Below, one piece after another: positions 17,795-26,417 of a stretch of DNA of 36,549 nt. The notes beneath the pieces were generated by a model. That model had not been told where the DNA came from and did no database searches. It saw nothing but the letters and a program-made list of their open reading frames with translations. How positions within the stretch are numbered: position 1 is the stretch's first letter; every line of letters starts with the position of its first letter. This DNA comes from Deferrisomatales bacterium (GTDB taxonomy: Bacteria; Desulfobacterota; Deferrisomatia; Deferrisomatales; JACRMM01). The stretch covers positions 1 to 36,549 of the forward strand of contig JAWSUI010000037.1 of assembly GCA_033551855.1 (NCBI GenBank), read 5' to 3'. Made by a program: the position numbers and the translations under genes.

Positions 17795-18208
17795 ATGCTG
17801 TTCGGGAGCGAGCGCGTGTTTGCTCGACTGGTCCTTCTCTTCACCGTGGTCCCCGCCCTGGAGATCTACCTCCTGGTCCGGGTCGGGTCTGCTGTGGGAG
17901 CGCTCAACACCGTGCTCCTCATCGTCGCCACCGGGGTGGTCGGTGCCCATTACGCCCGGCTCCAGGGATTCCAGGTGATCGGCCGTCTCCAGGAGAGCCT
18001 TCGGGAGGGTCGTCCCCCGGGGGAGGAGATCGTGGATGGCGCCCTTCTCCTCGTGGGCGGAGCGCTCCTGCTGACCCCCGGGTTCCTGACGGACGGCCTG
18101 GGGTTCTCCCTGATCTTCCCGGCCACACGGACCCGTTGGAAGCTCCTCTTCGTCGAGTGGCTGCGCCGCAAGGTCGAGCGGGGGGAGATCGTGGTGCGGC
18201 GATGGTGA
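17795..18208 (+). CDS. fxsA: FxsA family membrane protein
   Basis: PALEIYLL..VG, ARLQG, GGALLLTPGFLTD..G; -10-like TAGAAT at 17724-17729. Confidence 0.9.
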   Translation: MLFGSERVFARLVLLFTVVPALEIYLLVRVGSAVGALNTVLLIVATGVVGAHYARLQGFQVIGRLQESLREGRPPGEEIVDGALLLVGGALLLTPGFLTDGLGFSLIFPATRTRWKLLFVEWLRRKVERGEIVVRRW

Positions 18209-18281
18209 CCACAGGTCCCTGACCCGACGGGCTCGATGGCTGTCCTGGCCCGGTTCCACGCGAACCGGCCTCCCCTGCCGC

Positions 18282-18313
18282 GGCACCTGCCTCGCACAGG
18301 GCAGGTGCCTTTC
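18282..18313 (+). terminator. Candidate intrinsic terminator downstream of fxsA
   Basis: Perfect 10-bp stem ggcacctgcc / ggcaggtgcc, 8-nt loop, short TTTC tail. Confidence 0.45.
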
Positions 18314-18357
18314 GGGCTTTCCCCGGGAACCCCTCACTCTGCCTCCCAGGATTCCGC

Positions 18358-18630
18358 ATGGAATGGAAGACGATCGTCACGACCTTTGGTCTGGTGTTCC
18401 TGGCCGAGTTGGGGGACAAGACCCAGCTCGCTACCCTGAGCTTCGCCGCCGGCGGCCGGAGCCCCCTGTCGGTGTTCCTGGGGGCGTCCTTGGCCCTGGT
18501 GCTCGCGAGTCTCCTGGCGGTCCTCCTCGGAAGTGTCGTTGGGGCGTGGCTTCCTCGAAATTGGGCGCGTCTGGGCGCCGGGGCGTTTTTCATCGGGGCC
18601 GGCGTGCTGATCCTTCTGAATCGGGGCTGA
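18358..18630 (+). CDS. Half-size TMEM165/GDT1 (UPF0016) family protein, putative Mn2+/Ca2+ transporter
   Basis: FLAELGDKTQLAT signature, three hydrophobic helices, 90 aa. Confidence 0.9.
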   Translation: MEWKTIVTTFGLVFLAELGDKTQLATLSFAAGGRSPLSVFLGASLALVLASLLAVLLGSVVGAWLPRNWARLGAGAFFIGAGVLILLNRG

Positions 18631-18634
18631 GCCG

Positions 18635-20584
18635 GTGCTCGACGCCGTAGACCTGAGCAAGTCCTACGGGGGGCAGGCCGTCCTGGACAGGGCCTCCTTC
18701 CAGGTGGGGGAAGGGGAGCGGCTGGCCCTGGTAGGACCGAACGGTGCAGGAAAGACGACCCTCCTGCGAATCCTGGCGGGCGAAGAGCGGGCGGACGAGG
18801 GTGAGGTGCGGCGCCGGCGCGGCCTGGTGGTCGGCTATCTGCGCCAGGAAGCCGACCCGGCGTCGGACCAGCCCCTGCTCGCCTACGTGGAGGACGTGGC
18901 CGAGGACGTTCGCTCCATGGAAACGGAGCTGCGGGAGATCGAGAGCCGCCTGGGCGAGGGGGGGAGCGATCCGCGCCTCCTGGAGCGGTACGGGCACCTG
19001 CAAACCCGCTTCGAGCATCTGGGCGGCTACGCCCTCAGGGCCCGTGCGGAGCGGATCCTGGCCGGCCTGGGGTTCGGGCCCGAGGAGCACCCCGCCCGCC
19101 TCTCCTCCTTTTCCGGCGGCTGGCGGATGCGGGCCGCCCTCGCTCGGATCCTCCTGCGGGAGCCGGACCTCGTCCTCCTGGACGAGCCCACGAACCACCT
19201 GGACATCGTGAGCCTCGAGTGGATCGAGGGGCACCTTCAGGACAGCCCCAGCGCGTTTCTCGTCGTGAGCCACGACGTGGCCTTCCTGGACCGCGTGGTG
19301 AGGGGCGTCCTGGCCCTGGAGGGGGGGCGCATCGTCCGCACCCAGGGGGGCTTCGCCCAGTACCAGGCGGAGCGCCGGCTGCGGGAGGAGCAGGCGCGGG
19401 CCGCCTACGAGAACTGGCAGCGCCGCCGCGCCCAGACCGAGGCGTTCGCCGACCGGTTCCGGTACAAGGCCTCCAAGGCGCGTCAGGTCCAGTCACGGCT
19501 GCGACAGCTGGCGCGTGAGGAGGCCCCGCCTCCGCCCCCCCCGGCTCCCGTGGCCCTGACTCTCCACCTGCCCCAGCCGGAGCGGTCCGGCCGCACCGTG
19601 GCGGTCCTGGACGACGTGGACGCCGGGTATGCGGGGAAACCCGTCTACCGCGGCCTCACCTTCCGGATCGAGAGGGGGGAGAAGGTGGCTCTCATCGGCC
19701 CCAACGGGGCCGGCAAGTCCACCCTGCTCAAAGTCCTGGCCGGATCCCTGCCCCCGCTGCGGGGCCGGGTGGAGTACGGACACGCGGTGAGCGTGAGCTA
19801 CTTCGCCCAGCACCAGCTCGAGCAGTTGGACCCGGGTCGCACGGCCCTCGAGGAGATGCGCTCCCTTCCCGGACTGCGCAGCGAGCTCGAGCTCCGCAGC
19901 GTCCTCGGGTCGTTCCTCTTCTCCGGGGATGCCGTCGACAAGCGGGTGTCCGTGCTCTCGGGGGGGGAGAAGAGCCGTCTCGTGCTCGCCAAGCTCCTGT
20001 CCGACCCGGGGAACTTCTTCCTCCTGGACGAGCCTACCAACCATCTGGACCTGCAGGCGTGCGAGGTCCTCAAGCGGGCCCTCGAAACCTTCTCCGGGAC
20101 CCTTTGCTTCATCACCCACGACCGGGACCTGATCAACCGCACCGCGACGCGGGTGGTGTACGTCGACGGTGGGACACTGAAGGAATACCTGGGAACTTTC
20201 GACGACTTCGTCCGAAAGCGGGCCGAGGAGGGGGAGGCATCGACGGTTGGCCGGCCCGGTGCCGCGGGGGAGGGCACCCCGGCGCGACCGGGCCGTAGGG
20301 ACGCGAGGCGTGCCGAGGCCGAGCGTCGGGCGCACGCGCGTCGGGAGACCGGCCCCCTGCGGGAGGAGGTCTCCAGGCTCGAAGCCCAGATCGCCGCTGC
20401 CGAGGTGCGCTTGGGCGAGGTGGAGTCCGCCCTCGCGATCCCGTCCACCTACGCCGAAAGCGATCTCGCGTCGTCCCTTTCCCGGGAGCGGGCAGAGCTG
20501 TGTCGAAAAGTGGAGGAGCTCACCCGCACCTGGGAGGCGGCGGCTACGGAGCTGGAAAAAAAGGAGCGGGCGTTTCAGGGATAG
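18635..20584 (+). CDS. ABC-F family ATPase (YheS/Uup-like)
   Basis: Two NBDs (GPNGAGKT/FSGG/LLDEPTNHLD; GPNGAGKS/LSGG/LLDEPTNHLD), linker KARQVQSR, C-terminal coiled coil, no TM domain. Confidence 0.93.
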   Translation: MLDAVDLSKSYGGQAVLDRASFQVGEGERLALVGPNGAGKTTLLRILAGEERADEGEVRRRRGLVVGYLRQEADPASDQPLLAYVEDVAEDVRSMETELREIESRLGEGGSDPRLLERYGHLQTRFEHLGGYALRARAERILAGLGFGPEEHPARLSSFSGGWRMRAALARILLREPDLVLLDEPTNHLDIVSLEWIEGHLQDSPSAFLVVSHDVAFLDRVVRGVLALEGGRIVRTQGGFAQYQAERRLREEQARAAYENWQRRRAQTEAFADRFRYKASKARQVQSRLRQLAREEAPPPPPPAPVALTLHLPQPERSGRTVAVLDDVDAGYAGKPVYRGLTFRIERGEKVALIGPNGAGKSTLLKVLAGSLPPLRGRVEYGHAVSVSYFAQHQLEQLDPGRTALEEMRSLPGLRSELELRSVLGSFLFSGDAVDKRVSVLSGGEKSRLVLAKLLSDPGNFFLLDEPTNHLDLQACEVLKRALETFSGTLCFITHDRDLINRTATRVVYVDGGTLKEYLGTFDDFVRKRAEEGEASTVGRPGAAGEGTPARPGRRDARRAEAERRAHARRETGPLREEVSRLEAQIAAAEVRLGEVESALAIPSTYAESDLASSLSRERAELCRKVEELTRTWEAAATELEKKERAFQG

Positions 20585-20666
20585 TGGCGGGGCAGGCTGT
20601 GGGCGGCTCAGTGGATGGGAGCCGGGAGCGGAGCGCAGGTCGCACCGGCCGGTGACGCCGGATACC

Positions 20667-20885
20667 TCACCCCCCGGTCTTTTCTTTCTCCCCGGTCTTG
20701 TCTGCGATCTCTTCGGGCTTTTCGGGGGTGACGTCGATGGCGTCAGGCTCGTTCATCGCCCTCTTGAAACTCTTGATGCCCTTGCCCAGTCCGCCCATCA
20801 GCTCGGGGATCTTCTTCCCGCCAAAGACCACCAGCACGATGACCAGGATGATCAGCCACTCGCTACCGCCCGGCATGCCGAACAT
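20667..20885 (-). CDS. tatA: Twin-arginine translocase TatA/E subunit
   Basis: [41 protein letters not shown]. Confidence 0.95.
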   Translation of the reverse strand: MFGMPGGSEWLIILVIVLVVFGGKKIPELMGGLGKGIKSFKRAMNEPDAIDVTPEKPEEIADKTGEKEKTGG

Positions 20886-20955
20886 GGGAAACTCCTCAGG
20901 AAGCGACCCCGGCAGGACGGCGGTGCGCAGGCCCCGGGGCGTGGCCGGCGGTGGG

Positions 20956-20984
20956 AGGATAGCACAGTCGCACGGGGCCACCAA
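20956..20984 (-). promoter_or_regulatory. Candidate sigma70 promoter of tatA
   Basis: TTGGTG-17 nt-TATCCT with TGn extension on the minus strand. Confidence 0.5.
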
Positions 20985-20995
20985 CGGCAAAGCCC

Positions 20996-21209
20996 ACCCG
21001 GAATCCCCGGCCACATGCTCGGCAAGCGGGTTCCGGGAGCCCCTGCGTTTCGCCCTGCAATCTGCGTCAATTCGAAGGGGTGTCCCGGCAAGCCCCCGCT
21101 GTGCCGGGCTTCACCCGTTGCGCCGGAGTCGGCCGGCCGGTCCCAGCAGTACGGCGCTGCTCTCCGGGGCTCCCGGACTCCGGCCCACGATGTGGTGGAG
21201 GATCCAGGT
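20996..21209 (-). repeat. Copy B of dispersed TIR-bounded intergenic element
   Basis: ~45-bp imperfect TIRs (acccggaatcc..ccacat..tccgggagcccc / ggggctcccgga..atgtgg..ggatccaggt); core acgggtgaagcccggc...gccgggacaccc on the minus strand. Confidence 0.8.
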
Positions 21210-21277
21210 CACCGGGGACCGGCGTCTCTGCCTCCCACCGGTCTCATCCCTCGGAATGACCGCGGGACACGGGCCTC

Positions 21278-22630
21278 TCAGTGCTGCTCGTACCCCCGGG
21301 CAAGGTTCTCGAACGCCGTGAACTCGCTCAGGAAGGCCAGCCGTACCATGTCAGTGGGACCGTGACGCTGCTTTCCGACGATGATCTCGGCGATCCCCTT
21401 TTCGGCGCTTTCCTTGTTGTAGACCTCGTCCCGGTAGATGAACATGACGACATCGGCGTCCTGCTCGATGGCTCCCGACTCCCGCAGGTCCGAGATGAGC
21501 GGGCGTTTGTCCGCCCGGGACTCCACGCCGCGGTTGAGTTGCGAGAGAGCCACCACCGGCACGGAGAGCTCCTTGGCCAAGCCCTTCAGGGAACGGGAGA
21601 TCTCGCTGATCTCCTGCTCGCGCACGTCGTAGGAGCCCCGACCCCGCATCAGCTGCAGGTAGTCCACGATGATCATCCCGAGGTTGGCCTCACTCTTGAG
21701 GCGCCGGGCCTTGGCGCGTAGGTCGAGGGTTGTGATGCCGGGGGTGTCGTCGATGAAGATCGGGGCTTCGGCCAGGGTTCCTGCGGCCCGCGTGAGCTTG
21801 GGCCAGTCCGAGTCCCGGAGCATCCCGCGCCGCAGGCGGTGCGAATCCACGCGGGCCTCGGCGCAAAGCAGGCGCATGACGAGCTGCTCCTTGCTCATCT
21901 CGAGGCTGAAGAATGCCACGGGGGTTCCCGTCTCGATGGCCGCGTACTGGGCGATGTTGAGCACGAAGGACGTCTTGCCCATGCCAGGGCGGCCGGCGAT
22001 GATCACCAGATCGGAGGGCTGGAACCCGGCAGTGAGCTGGTCCAGGTCGTGGTAGCCCGTGGGAACCCCCGTGACCAGGTCCTTTTTCTCGTAGAGCTCT
22101 TCGATCTTGGCGAACGTGTCCTTCAGGATGTCCTTCACCCGGGTGAAGGAGGGCCGCACCTTCCGGGCCGTGACCTCGAAGATCGCCTGCTCTGCCCGGT
22201 CGAGGTACTCCCCCACCTCGGCTTCCGACCCGTACCCTTCGCTGGCGATCGCCGTGGAGACCCAGATGAGCTTGCGCAGAATGGACCGGTCCCGGACGAT
22301 CCGGGCGTAGTGGACCGCATTCTCCACCGACGGCACCTGGTTGGTCAGGCCGGCCAGGTACGCGGCACCCCCCGACTTCTCCAGCAGGCCCTTCTGGCGA
22401 AGGGCCTCGGTCGCGGTCACCAGATCGATCGGCGAGCCCCGGTCGAAGAGCTCGAGCATGACCTCGTAGAGAAGCCGGTGGCCGGTGCGGTAGAAGTCCT
22501 CCCGGTCCAGGAGCTCGGTAACGTGGGTCAGGACGTCGTTGTTGAGGAGGACCGCGCCGAGCACCCCCGCCTCGGCCTCCAGGCTGTGAGGGGGAACCCG
22601 CTGGAGGGCGCCGGCATCCTCGGGGGCCAT
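21278..22630 (-). CDS. dnaB: Replicative DNA helicase DnaB
   Basis: PPHSLEAE, AGRPGMGKT, FSLEM, IVDYLQLM, LSQLNR, SDLRESGAIEQDAD; no intein. Confidence 0.98.
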   Translation of the reverse strand: MAPEDAGALQRVPPHSLEAEAGVLGAVLLNNDVLTHVTELLDREDFYRTGHRLLYEVMLELFDRGSPIDLVTATEALRQKGLLEKSGGAAYLAGLTNQVPSVENAVHYARIVRDRSILRKLIWVSTAIASEGYGSEAEVGEYLDRAEQAIFEVTARKVRPSFTRVKDILKDTFAKIEELYEKKDLVTGVPTGYHDLDQLTAGFQPSDLVIIAGRPGMGKTSFVLNIAQYAAIETGTPVAFFSLEMSKEQLVMRLLCAEARVDSHRLRRGMLRDSDWPKLTRAAGTLAEAPIFIDDTPGITTLDLRAKARRLKSEANLGMIIVDYLQLMRGRGSYDVREQEISEISRSLKGLAKELSVPVVALSQLNRGVESRADKRPLISDLRESGAIEQDADVVMFIYRDEVYNKESAEKGIAEIIVGKQRHGPTDMVRLAFLSEFTAFENLARGYEQH

Positions 22631-22638
22631 GGGCTCCC

Positions 22639-23091
22639 TTACTCCTCCCCTTCCTTTTCCACCACGACCGTGACCTTGGCCTTCACGCTCCCCGGGAGCT
22701 TGAGGGTTACGGGAAATTCCCCGAGTGCCTTGATAGGGTGGTCCAAGGCCACCTGCTTCCGACTCACCGCGTACCCCTTCTGCGCCAGGGCCTCCTCGAT
22801 GTCGAGGTTGGTAACGGAGCCGAAGAGCTGCTCCTGCTCCGAGGCCTTGCGCCGGAAGACCAGACGAGTCCCGGTCAGGGCTGCTGCGAGCTCCTGCGCC
22901 TTGGACACCTCCCGCAGGCGCTTCTTCTCGAGGGCCTTCTTCTGATGCTCGAGAGCCTTCACGTTCCGGGGATCGGCGATCATGGCCATCCCCCGGGGAA
23001 CCAGGTAGTTGCGGGCGTATCCGTCCTTGACGGAGACCACGTCCCCGACGGTGCCCAGGTTCTCGACGGATTCCTTCAGAATGACCTTCAT
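22639..23091 (-). CDS. rplI: 50S ribosomal protein L9
   Basis: MKVIL...LG..GDVV.VKDGYARNYLVP; LFGSVT. Confidence 0.98.
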   Translation of the reverse strand: MKVILKESVENLGTVGDVVSVKDGYARNYLVPRGMAMIADPRNVKALEHQKKALEKKRLREVSKAQELAAALTGTRLVFRRKASEQEQLFGSVTNLDIEEALAQKGYAVSRKQVALDHPIKALGEFPVTLKLPGSVKAKVTVVVEKEGEE

Positions 23092-23122
23092 CGGAGCGCC
23101 TCCTGTGGGCCGTTTCTTGGCA

Positions 23123-24082
23123 TCAGGTGTGGAGACCTGCCTCCGGGGGCCGGGGCGACCAGCGGGCTCGAAAATCGAACCAGAGATCGAAGGCCCCCAG
23201 GGCAGCCACCACGAGCATCAGGGGAAGCTGCACGAACAGCAGGATGTAGGCTGCGACACGCAGGAACCGTGGCAGACCTCGTGCCGTGAACAGATGATGG
23301 ATCACCGCGAGCCCCTGGAGAAAGTAGATCCCCAGGGCCACCACGAACACGTTCAACGCCAACGTCCCCAGGGGGCCGCCGGCGAAGAGGGCCAGGAGAC
23401 CCGCCCCAATCAGGCCCCAGATCCAGGACTCCGGGGCTCGCCACCCGGACCAGACCCCTTCCCCGGCTTCCACGGCGCCTCTCCGGGCGAGCAGGGCGTT
23501 CACCCAGCCGGTCAGGATGGCCAGGACCGCGTAGAGGCCCGGAAACGTCAACGACAGCACGCGCCGAGTCTGCTCCGCCCAGGACTGGACGGCCAGGGCG
23601 GCCTCCGCATCGGCATCTCCCTGGAGGAGAAACGCACCGGCCTGCTCCACGGCGTGACCCAGGGCCTGATCCAGATAGTCCAGGGGACCCAGCCCCGACC
23701 CGACCGCGAGAAACCCCAGGGAAAGCCAGAAGGCCGCGATGGCCAGGAGCGCGTAGGCCCCCACGACGACCTCTGGTTTCGCCCGGGCACGCAGGGCAAG
23801 GCCCAAGGCGCACCCGCCGGCGGCAAACTGGGAGGCGTACACCGCGGTTGCCACGGGCCCCGCCAACACGTAGAGCACCGCTCCCCCGCACCCGACGGCG
23901 ACCCCGGCTCCCCGAAGCCCCTGGCCCAAGGCCGTCCGCGCCAGGGGGAGGGGGCTCACCAGGGCGCCGAGGAAGCCGAAGGGGGGCAGCCAGAGCGAGG
24001 AGACGAAGAGGCCGCCGGAGAGCAGCCCGGCCCCGGCGGCGGGCAGCCAGGGCGGGGGCCCGGGAACGGTTGGCTGACTCAC
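23123..24082 (-). CDS. DUF2232/YybS family membrane protein
   Basis: Multi-TM protein with [30 protein letters not shown]; characteristic position between rpsR and rplI. Confidence 0.88.
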   Translation of the reverse strand: MSQPTVPGPPPWLPAAGAGLLSGGLFVSSLWLPPFGFLGALVSPLPLARTALGQGLRGAGVAVGCGGAVLYVLAGPVATAVYASQFAAGGCALGLALRARAKPEVVVGAYALLAIAAFWLSLGFLAVGSGLGPLDYLDQALGHAVEQAGAFLLQGDADAEAALAVQSWAEQTRRVLSLTFPGLYAVLAILTGWVNALLARRGAVEAGEGVWSGWRAPESWIWGLIGAGLLALFAGGPLGTLALNVFVVALGIYFLQGLAVIHHLFTARGLPRFLRVAAYILLFVQLPLMLVVAALGAFDLWFDFRARWSPRPPEAGLHT

Positions 24083-24318
24083 GCCTTCAGATTGCTCGTG
24101 AAGGGCAGGAGGGCGACGTTGCGGGCCCGCTTGATCTCCACCGCCAGCAGTCGCTGATGGTGGGCGCAGTTGCCGCTGATCCGGCGGGGCACGATCTTCC
24201 CCCGGTCCGAGAGGAACTGGTTCAGCACGGTCGGCTGCTTGTACGACAGCGAGACGTCCTTGTGGGTGCAAAAGCGGCAAACCTTGGGCCGCCGCTGGCG
24301 ACGAATGGGTCTGGCCAT
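24079..24318 (-). CDS. rpsR: 30S ribosomal protein S18 (zinc-binding form)
   Basis: CRFC...YK...[20 protein letters not shown]...[12 protein letters not shown]. Confidence 0.97.
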   Translation of the reverse strand: MARPIRRQRRPKVCRFCTHKDVSLSYKQPTVLNQFLSDRGKIVPRRISGNCAHHQRLLAVEIKRARNVALLPFTSNLKA

Positions 24319-24397
24319 GTCCGGGTCTCCTTTGCTTCTCTCAGGGAGCCTGCGGGCGCCCTGGATCTGTCTCCTGCAAGGGGGCACCCCTCGGGGG

Positions 24398-24874
24398 TCA
24401 GCCCTCGTCCTCTCCGGTCTGCTCGCCGCTACCTTCCTTTTCTTCGCCGCGTTCGGCAGGGGTCGGGGCCACCGTGGGGGTCGGGGCCACCGTGGGGGTC
24501 GGGGCCACCGTGGGGGTCGCCGTCACCTGCTCGGGCGCGATCTCCACCGGCTCCGGCAAGGCGTTGGGGTCGATGGCGTCCGCCAGCTTCAATGTCTGGA
24601 ACTTCACCACGGTGTCGAGGAGGTTGAGCCGGCGGTCGAGCTCGCTGGCCACCCGGGGTATGCCCGCATACTCGAGGATGAGATAGTAGCCCTTGCGGCG
24701 CCCCTTGAGCTCGAAGGCCAGGTCTCGCAGGCCCCATCGCTCCGTCTTGAGGACACGGCCCTCGTTCCCGGTGATGATCTCCCGAACCTTTTGGATCATG
24801 TCCTCGGTGCCTTCGACTCCCAGCTCGGGGTCGAAGATCATCAAGGTTTCGTACCGCCTCCAGATCTCGGCCAT
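24398..24874 (-). CDS. rpsF: 30S ribosomal protein S6 with extended C-terminal tail
   Basis: [34 protein letters not shown]. Confidence 0.95.
   Translation of the reverse strand: MAEIWRRYETLMIFDPELGVEGTEDMIQKVREIITGNEGRVLKTERWGLRDLAFELKGRRKGYYLILEYAGIPRVASELDRRLNLLDTVVKFQTLKLADAIDPNALPEPVEIAPEQVTATPTVAPTPTVAPTPTVAPTPAERGEEKEGSGEQTGEDEG
24459..24519. repeat. Perfect 18-bp tandem repeat (~3.4 copies) in rpsF
   Basis: ggggtcggggccaccgtg x3 plus ggggtcg; encodes (PTVAPT)3. Confidence 0.95.
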
Positions 24875-24930
24875 GCTGTTCTCCTCTCGGGTTGGCAGCC
24901 CCTGGCCGGGCCAGGAGCAAGGAGAGGCGG
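24875..24930 (-). ncRNA. S6:S18-binding rpsF leader (cis-regulatory RNA)
   Basis: Minus strand CUCCUUG, then a 9-bp hairpin (gcuccuggc/gccaggggc), then ugccaac-CCG-AGAGGAG. CUCCU can pair with the SD and the CCR lies in the internal loop, matching the known rpsF leader architecture. Confidence 0.75.
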
Positions 24931-24958
24931 CCCCTGCGGCCGCCGGTGTGAACCGTGC

Positions 24959-24987
24959 CTTATACAGGATCGCCGGTCGGGGTTCAA
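24959..24987 (-). promoter_or_regulatory. Sigma70 promoter of the rpsF operon
   Basis: TTGAAC (24987-24982)-17 nt-TATAAG (24964-24959). Confidence 0.7.
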
Positions 24988-25032
24988 GACGCAGGACAGA
25001 CGCAGGACGTAGTTCGGTGTTCCTGCGCGTCC

Positions 25033-26331
25033 TCACAGATCTCCCATCACGGAGAGCACCTGGGCCTTGGCCAGCATGTAGTCGCGCAGCGAGCGGGCGT
25101 GGTCCGTTCGGGCCACGGTGAGGGCCAGCTGGGCATCGGATACGTCGAGAAGGATGGCCACCCCGTAGCGGTACGAGGTCTCGGCAAGCTCCAGCGCCTT
25201 CTCCGCCTGCTCGATGTTGAGGCTCGACGCGGGGATGATCTCGGAGGCCTCGGCCAACGCGTCCAGGGCGACCTTTGCCTCGAGGGTGATCTCCTCCCGG
25301 AGCTGGGAGGCCGCGAGGTCCACGTCGCGCAGCTGGCTGCGGGCCTGGGCCACCAGGCCACGGGTCCTCCAGCCGTCGAAGAGGGGGAAACGCAGGGTCA
25401 GGCCCGCGCCCCAGCGCTCGCGATCGGTGTCGAGGCGGTCGACGTGCCGCGACGCGAAGCCGTACTCGGCGTCGAGATCGATCCCCGGCTTGTCCTCGGC
25501 CCGCGCGATCTGGAGGTTTCTCTCCGAGACCTCCCGGGCCGCTTGCAGCGCGGCCAACTCGGGGCGCCGCGCCACGGCCCGGTCCACGACCTCCTCCAGC
25601 GTGAGCGTCGCCAGCGGAACGTACTCCAGGGAGCCATCGGCCTCCAGCGGCTCGGTTTGCTCCCGCGCCATCAGGTTGTTCAGTCGGGACCGGGCTTGTC
25701 GAACCCGGTTGCGTGCCTGGATCACCGGGGTGCGGGCGTTGGCCACATCCACTCGCGCCCGGATCACTTCGAGCTCGTTCACCACCCCCGCCTCGAAGCG
25801 CTTCTGGGCGACGTCGAGAACCCGCTCCCGCTGTTCCAGCCGCTCTTCCGCCACCTCCACCAGGCGCTGGCTCAACAGCAGCTCATAGAAGGCATCGTGC
25901 ACTTGGATCGTGACCACCCGCTCCGCGCCGGCCAGCTCCTCCCGGGATTGCCTCAGGGCGGCCTCCGCCGCGCGGACGGCCGCGGAAACCCTCCCCCAGC
26001 TGAACACGTTCTGGCGCAGGGTGGTCCGCACGGCGTAGTTGTCGGTCACCTCCGGCCGTATCAGGGACGAGAACTCGCTGTCGCGCACGCTCTCGTCGTA
26101 GCTGCGGCGGTAGCTCCCCTCGAGCCCCACCTGGGGGTAAACCTGGCTCTTGATCTCCTGGATCTGTCCCCCCTGGGCCGCCAGGCGCTCCCGGGCGCGC
26201 AGGACGTCGTGGTTGCGGGTCAGGGCAAGGGCCACCGCCTGGTCCACGTTGAGACGCGCCTCCTCCTGGCCCCTCGCGGGGGAGCCCAGGACTACGAGGG
26301 CGCAGAGGAATGCGAGCCGGAGTCGGTGCAT
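25033..26331 (-). CDS. TolC-family outer membrane efflux protein
   Basis: Signal peptide MHRLRLAFLCALVVLGSPARG; two OEP repeats (AVALAL..N, RFEAG...LEV, RRPEL, FPLFDG, YRYG...LDV). Confidence 0.9.
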   Translation of the reverse strand: MHRLRLAFLCALVVLGSPARGQEEARLNVDQAVALALTRNHDVLRARERLAAQGGQIQEIKSQVYPQVGLEGSYRRSYDESVRDSEFSSLIRPEVTDNYAVRTTLRQNVFSWGRVSAAVRAAEAALRQSREELAGAERVVTIQVHDAFYELLLSQRLVEVAEERLEQRERVLDVAQKRFEAGVVNELEVIRARVDVANARTPVIQARNRVRQARSRLNNLMAREQTEPLEADGSLEYVPLATLTLEEVVDRAVARRPELAALQAAREVSERNLQIARAEDKPGIDLDAEYGFASRHVDRLDTDRERWGAGLTLRFPLFDGWRTRGLVAQARSQLRDVDLAASQLREEITLEAKVALDALAEASEIIPASSLNIEQAEKALELAETSYRYGVAILLDVSDAQLALTVARTDHARSLRDYMLAKAQVLSVMGDL

Positions 26332-26417
26332 GGGGCTCTCCCCTGGGCGGCCGCGCGGGCACTGCCGGCCGGCGGGCAAAGAGAGTTTGCGGGACGGGGC
26401 CGGCGGCAGGACAGGCG

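Noticed and set aside
18209..18357. yybP-ykoY Mn riboswitch upstream of the GDT1 gene
   Set aside because: Expected from context, but the GGGGAGUA and ACAUAC-type conserved loops are not present; only plain hairpins are seen.
20996..21277. RNase P, SRP, 6S or tmRNA in the dnaB-tatA gap
   Set aside because: None of their conserved signatures are present; the region is explained by repeat copy B.
24459..24519. CRISPR array
   Set aside because: Contiguous tandem units with no spacers, inside a CDS; no cas genes.
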